Source: a virus | Lineage: Duplodnaviria > Heunggongvirae > Uroviricota > Caudoviricetes | Virus record (IMG/VR): IMGVR_UViG_3300012324_000010 | DNA: 64,000 bases | Strand: one strand, 5' to 3' | Shown here: one piece after another, positions 29,765-40,872 of the stretch | Layout of the letters: every line of letters starts with the position of its first letter | Numbering within the stretch: position 1 is the stretch's first letter | The notes under the pieces: model-generated | Database searches by the model: none | What the model saw: the letters and a program-made list of their open reading frames with translations, nothing else | What the model was told of the DNA's origin: nothing | Translations under genes and position numbers: made by a program

Positions 29765-30226
29765 CTAATAAACATTGGGATAAAGAGTATCCATCTTTCC
29801 ATCATTAAAGACATTCTTCCACATATTACCATATTCATCTACCCAATCAATATAAGATCCATCTTCCACAAATGGTGCTACAGCTTCAAGGAAGTGCTTT
29901 TCATCTCCAGGCTTGTTGGTATCATACATATCAATAAACAAGTCTCCCTCATCAGTGATATCAGCGTAGAATCCTAGCTTGTTGAAGATTTCTTCAGCAT
30001 CCTTGCACGTTTCATCATAGTTCCAATCAATCCACGCAAACCACTTATTAGGGTTATTGGATACAGAAGTGGAATCTTGTGGCTTTTCAGGAAGGTTTGC
30101 TCCTCCACGCCTTCCAGTTTTAAGTTCATCTTTGGTATTGAGCTTGCACAGTGCTTTGTAAGCATCCTCTAGGTTATCCTTCTTGATAACAAAGTGCATT
30201 GCATTGGTGTGGATAAAGTATCCCAC
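29765..30226 (-). CDS. hypothetical protein, family E
   Basis: GTG start after AAGGAG; paralog of 29105-29560. Confidence 0.85.
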   Translation of the reverse strand: MGYFIHTNAMHFVIKKDNLEDAYKALCKLNTKDELKTGRRGGANLPEKPQDSTSVSNNPNKWFAWIDWNYDETCKDAEEIFNKLGFYADITDEGDLFIDMYDTNKPGDEKHFLEAVAPFVEDGSYIDWVDEYGNMWKNVFNDGKMDTLYPNVY

Positions 30227-30484
30227 TTCTTTTCTCCTTGTGATGGTGTGTTTTCCTTGTGAACACTTACTACTGTAATGGGTGTGTAGAAGGTGATCAA
30301 GTTGTGGAGGTGTGGAATACCCCTGAATGGGTGAGTTCTATATTTGTGTCCCCTTATTTGCACACCTTAAAAACATCCTCTATATTGCTCTCTAAGGAGA
30401 TAGATCTCTAAAGGTATATAAGTAATAGAAAAACCTCCTGCGTCCTCTTATAAGGAAACACAGGAGGTGCAGAGGGTATAATCT

Positions 30485-31033
30485 CTACATCTTTTCAGTA
30501 TAAGCAACTACATTACCAATACTACGGCGCAAAGCATCATCATAAACAGAAAAAGTCTTGTATTTTTCCACCATCTTAATCAAAGCATACATAGCTTCTG
30601 CTTGAAGATCTTTAGAAGCTGCAGAGAACTGAGAAATAACATCTACAGCTACTTCTTCTCCTACCATCAAAGCATCAGAAATACGATCTGCAATATTGTG
30701 AATACTCCTACAATCTAAAAGATAGTTTTCTTCATTGCTAAACTTTTTCATCTCTTCTGCAGAAATAAGCTTGCACATTTCCACGTTGAGATCAAGGAAC
30801 TCTTGATTTTTGGAGTTTGTCCAAAAGTTGGAAAAATCCATAGTCAATGTGGTGTCATCAAGATCTTTGTCCTGTGGAATAACAACTGACAAGCTTTTCA
30901 CATCAGAGGGAGAAGGCTTGTCCTCGTAAGAGACATAGTATTGTTGTCCTGATGGAGCTACAAGTTGAAAAGAAGCATTTTTGCACTGTCTAACAAAACT
31001 CTTGTCAATGGTTTTATCATCAAAAATAGTCAT
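30485..31033 (-). CDS. hypothetical protein, family G
   Basis: AAGGAG RBS; shares IAxxL...FxxAS...AM C-terminal helices with the next three ORFs. Confidence 0.8.
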   Translation of the reverse strand: MTIFDDKTIDKSFVRQCKNASFQLVAPSGQQYYVSYEDKPSPSDVKSLSVVIPQDKDLDDTTLTMDFSNFWTNSKNQEFLDLNVEMCKLISAEEMKKFSNEENYLLDCRSIHNIADRISDALMVGEEVAVDVISQFSAASKDLQAEAMYALIKMVEKYKTFSVYDDALRRSIGNVVAYTEKM

Positions 31034-31077
31034 GTACTGTTTTCTCCTTTTTTAAATCAAACTGATCTTTGACTTCT

Positions 31078-31641
31078 CTATAGAGAGTTAGTGAACTTCT
31101 GCATGATAAGGATATTATCCCTGATATTCTTATCTCTTTCCCGAGACTGTGCATATTTGTTATTCATATCCAGCATAGCAAAGAATGCATCCTTCTTTGC
31201 TTCTACAGAAGAGGTAGCAAACCAAATCAATACACCTACAGTAATAGATTCATCAATAGACAAACAGTTAGCAATGCATAGACAAGCAGTGTTGAAATCT
31301 TCAATCCTATAATCATCAGGATTGATAGAATAGCCTTGCTGTGCATTCTCTTTGGCCATAGCATAGACAGCTTCATCAAGAAGTGGAAGAGATTCATCTT
31401 CCTGGTGTTTAGAAACAAACTCTTCTAGAGGAATAGTATAGACAGAATCATGCTCTGTACCATCAGAAACAAGCACTGTAATCTTATTCTTTTCAGAAGC
31501 ACTGTTTCTAGTGAAATACACAGTACAGTTATAACCAAGAGAAGAAGTGCAGGTATAGCCTACCTTTGTCTTATGTGAACTTCCATAACTCCCAAGATCA
31601 TCAGGATTCATATAGGAAGCAGAACGGTTGAGATTAAGCAT
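31078..31641 (-). CDS. hypothetical protein, family G
   Basis: AAGGAG RBS. Confidence 0.8.
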   Translation of the reverse strand: MLNLNRSASYMNPDDLGSYGSSHKTKVGYTCTSSLGYNCTVYFTRNSASEKNKITVLVSDGTEHDSVYTIPLEEFVSKHQEDESLPLLDEAVYAMAKENAQQGYSINPDDYRIEDFNTACLCIANCLSIDESITVGVLIWFATSSVEAKKDAFFAMLDMNNKYAQSRERDKNIRDNILIMQKFTNSL

Positions 31642-31708
31642 TGATAGTTATTCTCCTTGATAGTGATACTGGTTTTATCTCTACTGTATCAGGGTACAAG
31701 GCTACTGT

Positions 31709-32224
31709 CTAGTTTTTCCCTTTGATAACATAATCTTTATACTGTTCTGTCATTTTGATGATGCAATACATAATGATTGCTTGTGTCTTAGGAGAATAAT
31801 GGGGAAATTCCGTGATAAACTCTAAAGCTTTCTCCTCATTAACCGATAAAGCATTAGCAACATGGTGTGCAATGTGCAACAAGGAAAAACAATCATAATC
31901 TTCATAAAGAACAGGATTAGTGATTTCTCCTTGATGTGTTCTTACCTCTTCCACAATGTACTCACCAAGCAAAGCAAAAGTATACTCAGATTCAGGATCT
32001 ACGAATTGAGAGAAATCCATAATGAGTTCTTCTTCTTTTCTTTGCATAGGATAAATAGCTAATGCACAATCAATCCCATCTAGAATAGGATGTTTTTTCC
32101 TAGGAGATAAGTGGTATTTCTTTCCAGAAGAGGAAACAACTTCAATGACATCTTTAACACCACTATGAGGAGAAATCACAGTAGTAATAGTTTTTGTGAT
32201 GGATACTTCCCTATTCTTATTCAT
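31709..32224 (-). CDS. hypothetical protein, family G
   Basis: Overlaps the upstream stop; family motif present. Confidence 0.8.
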   Translation of the reverse strand: MNKNREVSITKTITTVISPHSGVKDVIEVVSSSGKKYHLSPRKKHPILDGIDCALAIYPMQRKEEELIMDFSQFVDPESEYTFALLGEYIVEEVRTHQGEITNPVLYEDYDCFSLLHIAHHVANALSVNEEKALEFITEFPHYSPKTQAIIMYCIIKMTEQYKDYVIKGKN

Positions 32225-32750
32225 GGTTGTTTTCCTTATTCTTCATGGTTAGTTCCACATATTCCCATGCTTTTTCAATCTCTTTATGCATAGTAGATTT
32301 TTCTTCATAAAGGGGAATATTTTCATCAATGATATCATCTAAAGTACACATAGCTTCATCTTTCATCCTAATGGAAGCGTTATTAAACTCAGAAATGATA
32401 CCTAAACAAGCAATATCATTTTTCTCTAGAGCTAGAGCAAAAGTGGTAGCAACTTTCTTTGTGTTTTTCAATAAGTCTTGCTTGATTTCCTTTTTATTAG
32501 GAAGCTTAAAAGCAATAAAACTAACTGTTGTAAGATACTGTGAGTATTCCCTTACGTTGATTTCAGTGATTGTGCTGAAATCTTTTAAAGTATGGCCATT
32601 TTTTGTGCTGATATGCTTTCTGGAAACCTTAACAATACAAGAATCCTCATTGTGGTCTACATCATAAGAAATCACATAGGACTGTCCAGATTGCTCATTG
32701 AAGATGTCATATTCTCCATGATTGTTTTCAGCAATAGTTTCTTGATACAT
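32217..32750 (-). CDS. hypothetical protein, family G
   Basis: AAGGAG RBS. Confidence 0.8.
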   Translation of the reverse strand: MYQETIAENNHGEYDIFNEQSGQSYVISYDVDHNEDSCIVKVSRKHISTKNGHTLKDFSTITEINVREYSQYLTTVSFIAFKLPNKKEIKQDLLKNTKKVATTFALALEKNDIACLGIISEFNNASIRMKDEAMCTLDDIIDENIPLYEEKSTMHKEIEKAWEYVELTMKNKENNHE

Positions 32751-32831
32751 AAGTTTTTCTCCTTGAAAACAGTTTTTTTGATGATATGGTTTTCTTTTAT
32801 CCTATAGCATCAAAGCACAATGATCAAGGAT

Positions 32832-33725
32832 TTAAAAATCTTCTTCTACAGGTACAACCCTTAAAGCATCTTGATCAGCCATCTTTTGTGTGAGTTGTTT
32901 TTGCTCCAGTTGTGCTTTCTCAATGTCTTTTTCATACTTTTTTGCTAAATCCACAATCATATCTGATTCTTGTGAAAAGCTATCCAAAAGAGATTCAAGC
33001 TTATCTAGGTATTTTCCCATTAACTTATCTGAAATAACACCATAGTTAGCAACTACAAAGCAATACAGTCTCATGTATTCATCATATTTACAGGAAAAAG
33101 GATAAAGATCAATATGTTGGATGGTTTCTTGGTCTAAAATGAAAACACTTTTCACCTTGTCTAGAAATGTACTATTGAGTGAATCTATCTTCTCATCAAC
33201 ACTATGTTTTAGATCAACAACCTCAATAGAAGATAGCTCTTTTCTTTGGCCAACAGAAAAAAGACTATCTAGATAAGAGAAATCTTTTCTAGTTAAAGCT
33301 TTTCTCTCATCTACTTTTTGCAACCAAGAAAACAAAAAACCAGAAGAGACAAAAGAGCTTATAGAAAGGATGAGAAAAACAGTATTAGAAAGAAAACTCC
33401 CTTCTTCAGCAAACACAAAAACAATAGATAGAAAACCCAGGATAATCAGCGCTATAAAGATAAATACAGCTACCAAGGCAATAAGAGCTTTGAGCAAGGT
33501 AAAAGATGCACTTTTGAAAAACCCTGATGCAACAACACTGTCATTGTTCTTTTCCCGTGCAAGATTATCCACATAGGAAATACCAATAAATGTGGTGGGA
33601 AGAAAAGAGATACCTGATGAGCCTTTTTTATTAAAGAAGCTATCTAGCACCACAGAAGAACTTGATTTTTCAATAAAATCACAGTCATTGCTCGTAGGGT
33701 GAGATATTACTTTCTTATTATTCAT
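32832..33725 (-). CDS. membrane protein, family H (two TM + coiled coil)
   Basis: KKVISHPT N-terminus and KYDEY...ISxxL...Y motif shared with genes at 49.5-56 kb. Confidence 0.8.
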   Translation of the reverse strand: MNNKKVISHPTSNDCDFIEKSSSSVVLDSFFNKKGSSGISFLPTTFIGISYVDNLAREKNNDSVVASGFFKSASFTLLKALIALVAVFIFIALIILGFLSIVFVFAEEGSFLSNTVFLILSISSFVSSGFLFSWLQKVDERKALTRKDFSYLDSLFSVGQRKELSSIEVVDLKHSVDEKIDSLNSTFLDKVKSVFILDQETIQHIDLYPFSCKYDEYMRLYCFVVANYGVISDKLMGKYLDKLESLLDSFSQESDMIVDLAKKYEKDIEKAQLEQKQLTQKMADQDALRVVPVEEDF

Positions 33726-33811
33726 GATAATGTTTCCCTTTTTTCTAGTTATGTGGCACTTACTATCTTATTAAAGAAGGAAACTTATCCCAAATCTCTT
33801 TTTAATGTTTT

Positions 33812-34603
33812 TTAAAAGTTGGAAATGATAACTTCACTACTTTTCTTAGAAGCATTCATCCCATAACTCCACTGTGCTTTATCAATCCTAAATCCAGAAT
33901 ACATTTCTCTAATATCAGAAGAATCATTGTAGGTAAGAATAATCTTATTATCCTTTCCTGTCCTATGTACTAGATCAGCAAACTCTTGATGGTTAAAACC
34001 TCTATGGGTATCTCCTTGCACTCCATAGAGAAAACTATCATCAAGTTTATAAGGAGGATCTAGGAAAATGAGATCATAAGAAGATAAGTCTTCTTGCAAT
34101 ATATCAAAAGCATTACCACAAGAGACTTCAAGGTGAGGATTAGAAAAGCTTTCTACTCTATGAACACTACTTGGGGTAAACCTATCTCTAGCAGCTGAAG
34201 CAGAAAATCCTCCAGAAAGAGTTGCTCCTGAAAAAGAACACCTATTGATCACAAAGAACAAGGTAGCAAGCTCCATATCATCAGTAAAGTCTCTATCCTT
34301 GATTTTTGCTTGTAGAGTTTTAAACATCTCTTTATCCACTTTTCCTAAGTAAGAAGAGATATTTTCAGCTAGTTTTTTAGGATGGTTGATAACTTGATTC
34401 CAAAAACATGCTACTGGATAAAAAGCATCATACCCATCTACTTTATGTCCCTTTCCTGTAGCATAAAGTTCAAAACTCCCACCACCAAAAAATGGTGAAA
34501 GTATCTTTTCATCCTTGCTATCCAGATATCTAGCAAGGGTGGTTTTTGCTCTTGTTTTTCCTCCTGGATAACGCAGGAGTCCTGTAGTTGTTATTGTTCT
34601 CAT
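33812..34603 (-). CDS. dam: DNA adenine methyltransferase (Dam/D12 class); no cognate nuclease in the window
   Basis: LRYPGGK, PFFGGGS (SAM binding), DPPY (catalytic). Confidence 0.88.
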   Translation of the reverse strand: MRTITTTGLLRYPGGKTRAKTTLARYLDSKDEKILSPFFGGGSFELYATGKGHKVDGYDAFYPVACFWNQVINHPKKLAENISSYLGKVDKEMFKTLQAKIKDRDFTDDMELATLFFVINRCSFSGATLSGGFSASAARDRFTPSSVHRVESFSNPHLEVSCGNAFDILQEDLSSYDLIFLDPPYKLDDSFLYGVQGDTHRGFNHQEFADLVHRTGKDNKIILTYNDSSDIREMYSGFRIDKAQWSYGMNASKKSSEVIISNF

Positions 34604-34653
34604 AAAATACTATCCTAGCATAGGAAGATAAAAATACTAAAAAAGGAAGATAA

Positions 34654-34932
34654 ATGTACAAAATAAAAATCTCTATAGACACCATCACAGGAAAGACATA
34701 CACCTCTTATGCCACTATTGATGACGGTGAAGGCAATCCTTGCACAGATTATGATACAGCATGGGAAGTTTATCAAGAGTTTTCTACCTTGGTAGAAGAT
34801 GCTGTGAATAATGGTGAGAAGATTACCAGTGTTGTTCTAGACGATCCTTTAGAGAAAAAAGAAGGAAGCAAGTTGATTATAAACCCACAACACATTGTGG
34901 CAGCAGAGGTTGAATTCGTGGAGTTGGATTAA
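34654..34932 (+). CDS. hypothetical protein
   Basis: AAGGA RBS; 92 aa. Confidence 0.75.
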   Translation: MYKIKISIDTITGKTYTSYATIDDGEGNPCTDYDTAWEVYQEFSTLVEDAVNNGEKITSVVLDDPLEKKEGSKLIINPQHIVAAEVEFVELD

Positions 34933-35002
34933 TAATAACGGGGGGTGTGTGTATTTGTGTCCCTTTTATCCTTCCTTCTCTCATAAGGAGAAGAAGGAAG
35001 AC

Positions 35003-35398
35003 TTAACCAACAACCCCTCCTTGATACTGAGGGATGCCATCAACAAGATCATCTAAAACAGCAAGGGCTTCCTTAGCACAGTTGTACTCCATGCTGTCTT
35101 TTTCACTAGAAGACAACACTTCCTTGTAGTGAGTTTTCTTCTCTTCTACCTTATCCCTCCAATACACAACCTCTTGGGCAAAATCAGGTGCATAGGTAGA
35201 TAGAATGAGATCATCATTGGAAAATGGATGAAGCTGTAGTTCTGATACAGAAGATACAGCCTTTCCATCAGAATCATAAAGAGTTTCCCCTCCCTCACAA
35301 AGGAGATAACCGTATCTAGTATCACAATACCAAGGAATAGCATCAGCTGATTTGTCTAGCATTGTGTGGATATCTTGAGAAGTTAAGTTTTCTCGCAT
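35003..35398 (-). CDS. hypothetical protein
   Basis: AAGGA RBS before MRENL. Confidence 0.75.
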   Translation of the reverse strand: MRENLTSQDIHTMLDKSADAIPWYCDTRYGYLLCEGGETLYDSDGKAVSSVSELQLHPFSNDDLILSTYAPDFAQEVVYWRDKVEEKKTHYKEVLSSSEKDSMEYNCAKEALAVLDDLVDGIPQYQGGVVG

Positions 35399-35536
35399 AG
35401 TAATCTTCCTTATTGATATGATGTGTTTTTCATTTGATATATCTTCTATTCTACTAGAAGAGATAGTGCGTAGCAACAAAACTTCCCCTTTGTTGAAAAA
35501 GTATCAACAAAAAGGAAGTTTTCTATCATCTAGATA

Positions 35537-35869
35537 CTATAGATGAAAGATGTCAATGACATTAACCAGATCTTTGAGATCAAGTTCTGTATCTTTAGGG
35601 CTGGTAATAACAAAGAAATCAGGGAAATCCATAATCACATCAATGACATCAGAGTATGATTCTCCATCCCAGGTGCGATCAACCAAGGGAATATCATGGA
35701 AAGTCTCTTCATCCTTGTGGAAAGATTTAACATCAAAGAAAAAGTCAGCAAAATCAGTAGGAACATGCTCAATGGATAGATCTACTGCTACCTTGTGGCT
35801 TTCAGTTGCAACCCTACCGTCATGATCTTTTGCGAGGAATACTCCTTCAAAAATGACATCACTAGACAT
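35537..35869 (-). CDS. acidic protein, family C
   Basis: VPTDFADFF...RTWDGESY...FPDFF. Confidence 0.8.
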   Translation of the reverse strand: MSSDVIFEGVFLAKDHDGRVATESHKVAVDLSIEHVPTDFADFFFDVKSFHKDEETFHDIPLVDRTWDGESYSDVIDVIMDFPDFFVITSPKDTELDLKDLVNVIDIFHL

Positions 35870-36101
35870 GGTATTTTCTCCTTATATTGTGTGGTGTTTT
35901 CCTTGTTGATACTTACTACTATAGGAGCTTTGTTGCAATCAGGCAAGTTTTAATAGTGGAATACCACCCCTTATGGGTGTGTTGTACATGTAAAGATGTA
36001 GGTTATCCTCTATATATCCTATGTCCCTTTTTAGATAGCTCAACACAAAAACACCTCCTTGATCCTTCAAGGAGGTGTTAAAAATGGAAGTTAATATTCT
36101 G

Positions 36102-36488
36102 CTATCCTGATAGTTCTTCCCAATAATATTCATCCATGATCTTTTGTACCTCTCTGTCATATTTGATATTGAAAGTGACAGAAAGAATCTCAGTTTCATC
36201 ATCACCTAGATCTGTTTCCTCATAGAATGAACTATCATCTTTATAGCTTTTTAAGAATACTCCTGCATATGGGTAATCACCTGCATCACCTACAGTATGA
36301 ATATACCTTTTTTCTAAATCCTCATTCTTATAAAGCTTATCACGATCAATCTTGTCGAAAATCCTTTCCATAACCTCATTGAGAGTATGATTGCGTGCAG
36401 TACGGCGCTGTGAGTACAGTTCGTTTAGTTCATCATTTTTCTTTTTAATCTCTGCTTCCAGTTGATGAATGCTCATATTCTTATCCAT
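36102..36488 (-). CDS. hypothetical protein, family F
   Basis: Paralog of 26449-26850. Confidence 0.85.
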   Translation of the reverse strand: MDKNMSIHQLEAEIKKKNDELNELYSQRRTARNHTLNEVMERIFDKIDRDKLYKNEDLEKRYIHTVGDAGDYPYAGVFLKSYKDDSSFYEETDLGDDETEILSVTFNIKYDREVQKIMDEYYWEELSG

Positions 36489-36643
36489 GATTTTCTCCTT
36501 GTATGATAGTAGGTTTAAGATATGATAGTTTTTCCATTTGTCATGGTACAACACAATCTCTTTGTTGTCTATGGTTTTCTTAAAAACTTCAAAAGATATA
36601 TTTAACTAGATAAGGTTTAGATTGTCATCAATAAGAGATCTAT

Positions 36644-36714
36644 TATCCTACTATCCAGAAAACCACGGGGCTTGTCCCCGTGGAGGAATAGATACTTTCC
36701 CCTTTGGTTGCTGT
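36644..36714 (+). mobile_element. solo IS605-type left-end hairpin
   Basis: TACTATCCAGAAAACCACGGGG-CTTGT-CCCCGTGGAGGAATAG closely matches the left end at 15651-15699. Confidence 0.65.
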
Positions 36715-36815
36715 AGGTTATGTTAAAGCACAAAAAAGATAAGGACTCCACAAAGATAAAACCAGTGGAATCCTTACCCTAACATTGAAAGAAGAAACTG
36801 TTGGTTGTTAAAGGT

Positions 36816-37757
36816 TTAATCTTCTTTTTCTATTTTTGATCTCATAGACTTATTAACCCCAAAGCCTACACCAAGAATCATTGTCAAAAAGACAAGCATG
36901 GTAGAAATAGACATATTTCCTTCCCCAGTCAAAGAGGGAATACCTACACCACCAGTATTTACAATTGGTCCTCCTGGAAACAAAGGAGTCTCATTAGGGC
37001 TTGGAGGAGGTGTATTATCCTCAGGAGGTGATGCTACCTCTGAAGAAGGTGCTGTGGGAGTGGTTGTAGATTGAGTGGAATCTTGAGGAGGTGTTTTCTC
37101 TTCTGAAGGTTGAGGGGGCGTTTTCTCTTCTGAAGGTTGAGGGGGTGTTTTCTCTCCATCATTGTTGTCAGGTGTCTTGTGAGGTGAGCTAGGAGGAGGG
37201 GTATTATCAAAGTTTTTTGTCACAATCAAGTTGTCATAGTGAAAACTCATTCCATCAGAATCTACCATGGGCAACATGATAACCTCAGGGGTATCTTTCT
37301 CTCCCTCTTGATCAAGGATATACAATCCTGGTTTAAGACCAGTGAAAGAAATAAATCCTTTATCATCTGTCTTTCCATCTTGAACCTTGGTTATAGGAAG
37401 GTTATTTTCCATGATGTATTGATAGGAGTAGTTTTTCATAACCTTTTTTCTTACAGAATCATTAGTAACATCCACTCCTTTGACCTTGCTTAAGGTAAAT
37501 CTCACACCTGATGCATTGCTGATTCCTGATTGAGAATCATCATAGGGGTTATGCCCAGTCTTTTTTACAGTAAGAGATATTGGATGTGAAGACTCAATCT
37601 TTTCTCCTGATACATCACCTCCCTCTACTGCACCTGTGACAACTTGCCCCTCTTGCGCCATTGCAAAAGAACCTCCTGCAATTGAGCATGCTGCCAATGC
37701 TAGACCTATCATGCTTGTAGATAGTATCTTCTTTGTCATTTTTCTCATCAACCTCAC
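36816..37757 (-). CDS. minor/basal pilin-like surface protein (SpaA-like prealbumin domain, Pro-rich linker, C-terminal TM)
   Basis: Signal peptide; GVRFTL, TDDKG...FTGLKPGLY; EEKTPPQP repeats; TM + basic tail. Confidence 0.75.
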   Translation of the reverse strand: MRLMRKMTKKILSTSMIGLALAACSIAGGSFAMAQEGQVVTGAVEGGDVSGEKIESSHPISLTVKKTGHNPYDDSQSGISNASGVRFTLSKVKGVDVTNDSVRKKVMKNYSYQYIMENNLPITKVQDGKTDDKGFISFTGLKPGLYILDQEGEKDTPEVIMLPMVDSDGMSFHYDNLIVTKNFDNTPPPSSPHKTPDNNDGEKTPPQPSEEKTPPQPSEEKTPPQDSTQSTTTPTAPSSEVASPPEDNTPPPSPNETPLFPGGPIVNTGGVGIPSLTGEGNMSISTMLVFLTMILGVGFGVNKSMRSKIEKED

Positions 37758-37809
37758 AGTATTAGTTAATCTGCGTAATAATTACTATATATAATACCAA
37801 ATTCGCAGT

Positions 37810-38724
37810 TTATTGGTGTAATCTGTCTATTTTTCTATTCCACTGAAGAACCCTCTTGTGTGTTCTATACACATAGATAGCCAACATCTCTAGAGCAAGA
37901 AAAGACAACACAACAAAAACAACCATCCACCATTGCATGAAGAATGGACGCAAAGATTTCTCAACATCTTTATCATCATCTAGTTCTACCCTGTGTGCAT
38001 GAACAAGAAGTCTATGTGAGTTCACGCCATAAGGAGTACATGTAATCAGGGTAAGAAGATCTTTATCCTTTTCTGGCCATAGTGAGTCTGTATTTTCTGG
38101 AAGAACAACCTCTACGCTATGCACTTGGTATTTCATTTTCTTACCGTAAGTATTAAGGTAAATAGAATCACCCTCTTTTACTTTGGTAAGATTGTCAAAC
38201 ATAGTTGCATTTGGCATTCCTGTGTGACCTGTAATAGCAGCATGAGTGTTTTTCCCTCCTACAGGAAGTGCAGTACCAAAAAGGTGTCCTAATCCTTTAG
38301 ACAACGTGGAATCCTCTGTACCATGATATACAGGAAGATTAACATTAATACTAGGTATTGTTACTTCAGACATAACATCCAAAGTGTTAAGCTCTCCAAG
38401 GTATTCCTGGTAAGTCTTATTGTCTTTGGATACACGTGAACTCCATGGATCAATGATAGGACCTGCAGCATTCCTCTTATTGTAATCCTCAGCACGTCTT
38501 ACAATCTCCTCTGACTTTTTATCATCCATTTGATCTACATCATGGGCATAGGCATGAGAAACCTGTTGCTGCCTAAAGTTATTCCATTGTGTAGATACAG
38601 CAGGGTATAAAAGAAATGATACTGCTACCACAACTGCTACAACAACAAACCATGTCTCTTTAAAAGTTGACTTCTTTTGTGAGGTTAGAGTTGGCTGTGG
38701 CAATCTCTTTTTCTTTTTGGCCAT
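37810..38724 (-). CDS. srtC: class C (pilin-specific) sortase
   Basis: DPW lid, GH catalytic His, TLITCTPYGVNSHRLLVH, N- and C-terminal TM. Confidence 0.95.
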   Translation of the reverse strand: MAKKKKRLPQPTLTSQKKSTFKETWFVVVAVVVAVSFLLYPAVSTQWNNFRQQQVSHAYAHDVDQMDDKKSEEIVRRAEDYNKRNAAGPIIDPWSSRVSKDNKTYQEYLGELNTLDVMSEVTIPSINVNLPVYHGTEDSTLSKGLGHLFGTALPVGGKNTHAAITGHTGMPNATMFDNLTKVKEGDSIYLNTYGKKMKYQVHSVEVVLPENTDSLWPEKDKDLLTLITCTPYGVNSHRLLVHAHRVELDDDKDVEKSLRPFFMQWWMVVFVVLSFLALEMLAIYVYRTHKRVLQWNRKIDRLHQ

Positions 38725-38911
38725 AGGGATAAATCCTTGTGATTATAGAAAACGGGGTAATAACAGTTGTACCTTTTAGCTTTCTGCTACACCCATTATA
38801 GGAATACCAAGAGCGCACCAAGATACATAATCAATCCTAGTGCGCTCTTGGTAAAAAACCATATCCTGATACTTTTAATAACAGAATGAAGTTGCAATAA
38901 CAACTAATGGT

Positions 38912-40594
38912 TTATGCTTCTTGCTTGTTTTTCCTTGCAGCAAAGATTCCTGCACCAGCAAGGAGAACAAGTGCTGCTCCACCAAGGATAAACACACCAT
39001 TTTCACCAGTTACTGGAAGCTGTGGAATAATACGCTCATCAGGAATGTTAGGGATTTCACTTTGTGCATTAACAAGAACTGGAGCACCAGTTTCAGCAGT
39101 ATTATTATCAGCCCTAGTTAATGTGATAGGTCTAACATTTTCCCCTGCATCAGGAAGGACAAAACCATCTGGTGCTTTAACCTCAACAAGGTAGTAGCTG
39201 AGTTTTCCAGGTTCAACAGCTTCACCATTTTCAAAATCAGTGACATGAAGACCAGTAAAACGAGCCTTGCCATCATCACCAGTAACTGCTGTCCCTACTG
39301 CTGTATCAGGGGTTTTACCAGAGGTATCTTGAGCACGTGCATCAGCTGCAGCCTTGTCCCTGTAGATCTCAAAGGTTGCACCCTTGAGAGCTTCCTCATC
39401 ACTGCTTCTCTTGCCATCTTCATTCTTATCATTGAATTTGAGAAGCTCAATATCACCAACATAGGTTCTGACATCTACAGGTTTAGTCTCTTTGTCAGCA
39501 TCATCCCCACTATGTCTTACAATGGTTTTTGCTTGGTTGATGATTTCAGAGTCTTTCCTAGTGTCCAAAAGTTTGGCATTAACCTTAATGGTGACAATAT
39601 CTCCACCTTTAAGATTATCTACAGGAACGTCATAAATAATGGAAGTATCAGAGCCTAGAGATGTTGATTTACTCAAATCATTAGGATCTCCTTGTTTAGC
39701 TGTGATTTTCTCACTTTTACCATTGAGGTGAGTTACTGTAACTTCTCCCATTTGGAAATCACCTAGCTCACTCTTGTTGAACATATCCTTGATGTTAAAC
39801 TTAGTAAGCTTTTCATTTTGTGCAGAAGATGGAACTGTTGCAGACAGGGTATAGTCTACTCTATCCCCTACATTCTTATTAGCATCTACTACCTTCTTGT
39901 CAATGTTTGTTCTACCATTTTTAGGATAGACATGGACATCTTTGTTCCAGTCTCCCTCTGCTGCAGTAGCCTTTGTTTCTGCTGCAGGATCAGGCTGTGG
40001 GAGGAATACAAGGAAAGGATGAACCTTAGCAGTAACATCATCAGGTGATTCTGTCTCAGTTACAAGATAGACACCATTAGGAATATTAGACTTAGTAGCC
40101 TTTCCATTGCTGTCTGTCTTCAAGGTGAAGTCAGCATTATCTTCACTAGTTGGTGCAGAAATGTTTTTGTCTTTAAGTGTAGAGTTGGCATTTATTCGCT
40201 GTGAGATATTGCGAGACTGTGTATGTGACAACTCTGCTAGAGCATTAAAGACATCTTGATCTTTAAGTTGTGAACCATCAGCGACTTTCTTCAGTGTGAA
40301 AGTATATCCTTCACCTGCATCTTTTCCAGGAATGTTTCCAGACTCAGCATCACCTCGTGGATTTGCGTCCCTGGTTTGATCTGGGTTCTCTCTCTTGTGC
40401 AAAGTTAGAGTAGAGGTTCCATCAGAAGGAAATGTTGCAGCTAGAGGACCTTTGCCTTTTTCTGCAACTGCAGAAGCTGATGCAGGGGAGTCTTGAGCCA
40501 TTGCAGGGGTAATAGTAGCCCCCAGTCCTGAGGTAGCAATGGCAATGGCTGCAGCAGCAGACAAGGCTTTCTTGCGGGTATTGAGTGTAGACAT
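38912..40594 (-). CDS. major (shaft) pilin, SpaA/SpaH/FimA type
   Basis: Signal peptide; pilin motif W...VHVYPKN; E-box YYLVEVKAPDGF; LPVTG + TM + basic tail. Confidence 0.93.
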   Translation of the reverse strand: MSTLNTRKKALSAAAAIAIATSGLGATITPAMAQDSPASASAVAEKGKGPLAATFPSDGTSTLTLHKRENPDQTRDANPRGDAESGNIPGKDAGEGYTFTLKKVADGSQLKDQDVFNALAELSHTQSRNISQRINANSTLKDKNISAPTSEDNADFTLKTDSNGKATKSNIPNGVYLVTETESPDDVTAKVHPFLVFLPQPDPAAETKATAAEGDWNKDVHVYPKNGRTNIDKKVVDANKNVGDRVDYTLSATVPSSAQNEKLTKFNIKDMFNKSELGDFQMGEVTVTHLNGKSEKITAKQGDPNDLSKSTSLGSDTSIIYDVPVDNLKGGDIVTIKVNAKLLDTRKDSEIINQAKTIVRHSGDDADKETKPVDVRTYVGDIELLKFNDKNEDGKRSSDEEALKGATFEIYRDKAAADARAQDTSGKTPDTAVGTAVTGDDGKARFTGLHVTDFENGEAVEPGKLSYYLVEVKAPDGFVLPDAGENVRPITLTRADNNTAETGAPVLVNAQSEIPNIPDERIIPQLPVTGENGVFILGGAALVLLAGAGIFAARKNKQEA

Positions 40595-40872
40595 TATAGC
40601 ATCACCTTTCAAGGAGAAATAAAAATGAACTGTATATTTTTATATTATACCATAAAAACCTGTGTGCTTGAACTATGAAGACACAGGTAACACACAGCTT
40701 TATTAAATATAATACCATAAAGTTTACAACTTGTCACTAGGTGTACATTTTTGTACTGCATCCAGAGACAGTGGGCTTTTGCAGAGAATAACACCAATAA
40801 AGAAAAAAGTAGATAGAACTTGTTTAATCAAGTCCTATCTACTTTCTATTTAATGAGGAAGAATATCACATC

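Noticed and set aside
33812..34932. Dam plus divergent 92-aa ORF as a restriction-modification system
   Set aside because: The neighbour has no nuclease or HTH motif; orphan Dam genes are common in phages.
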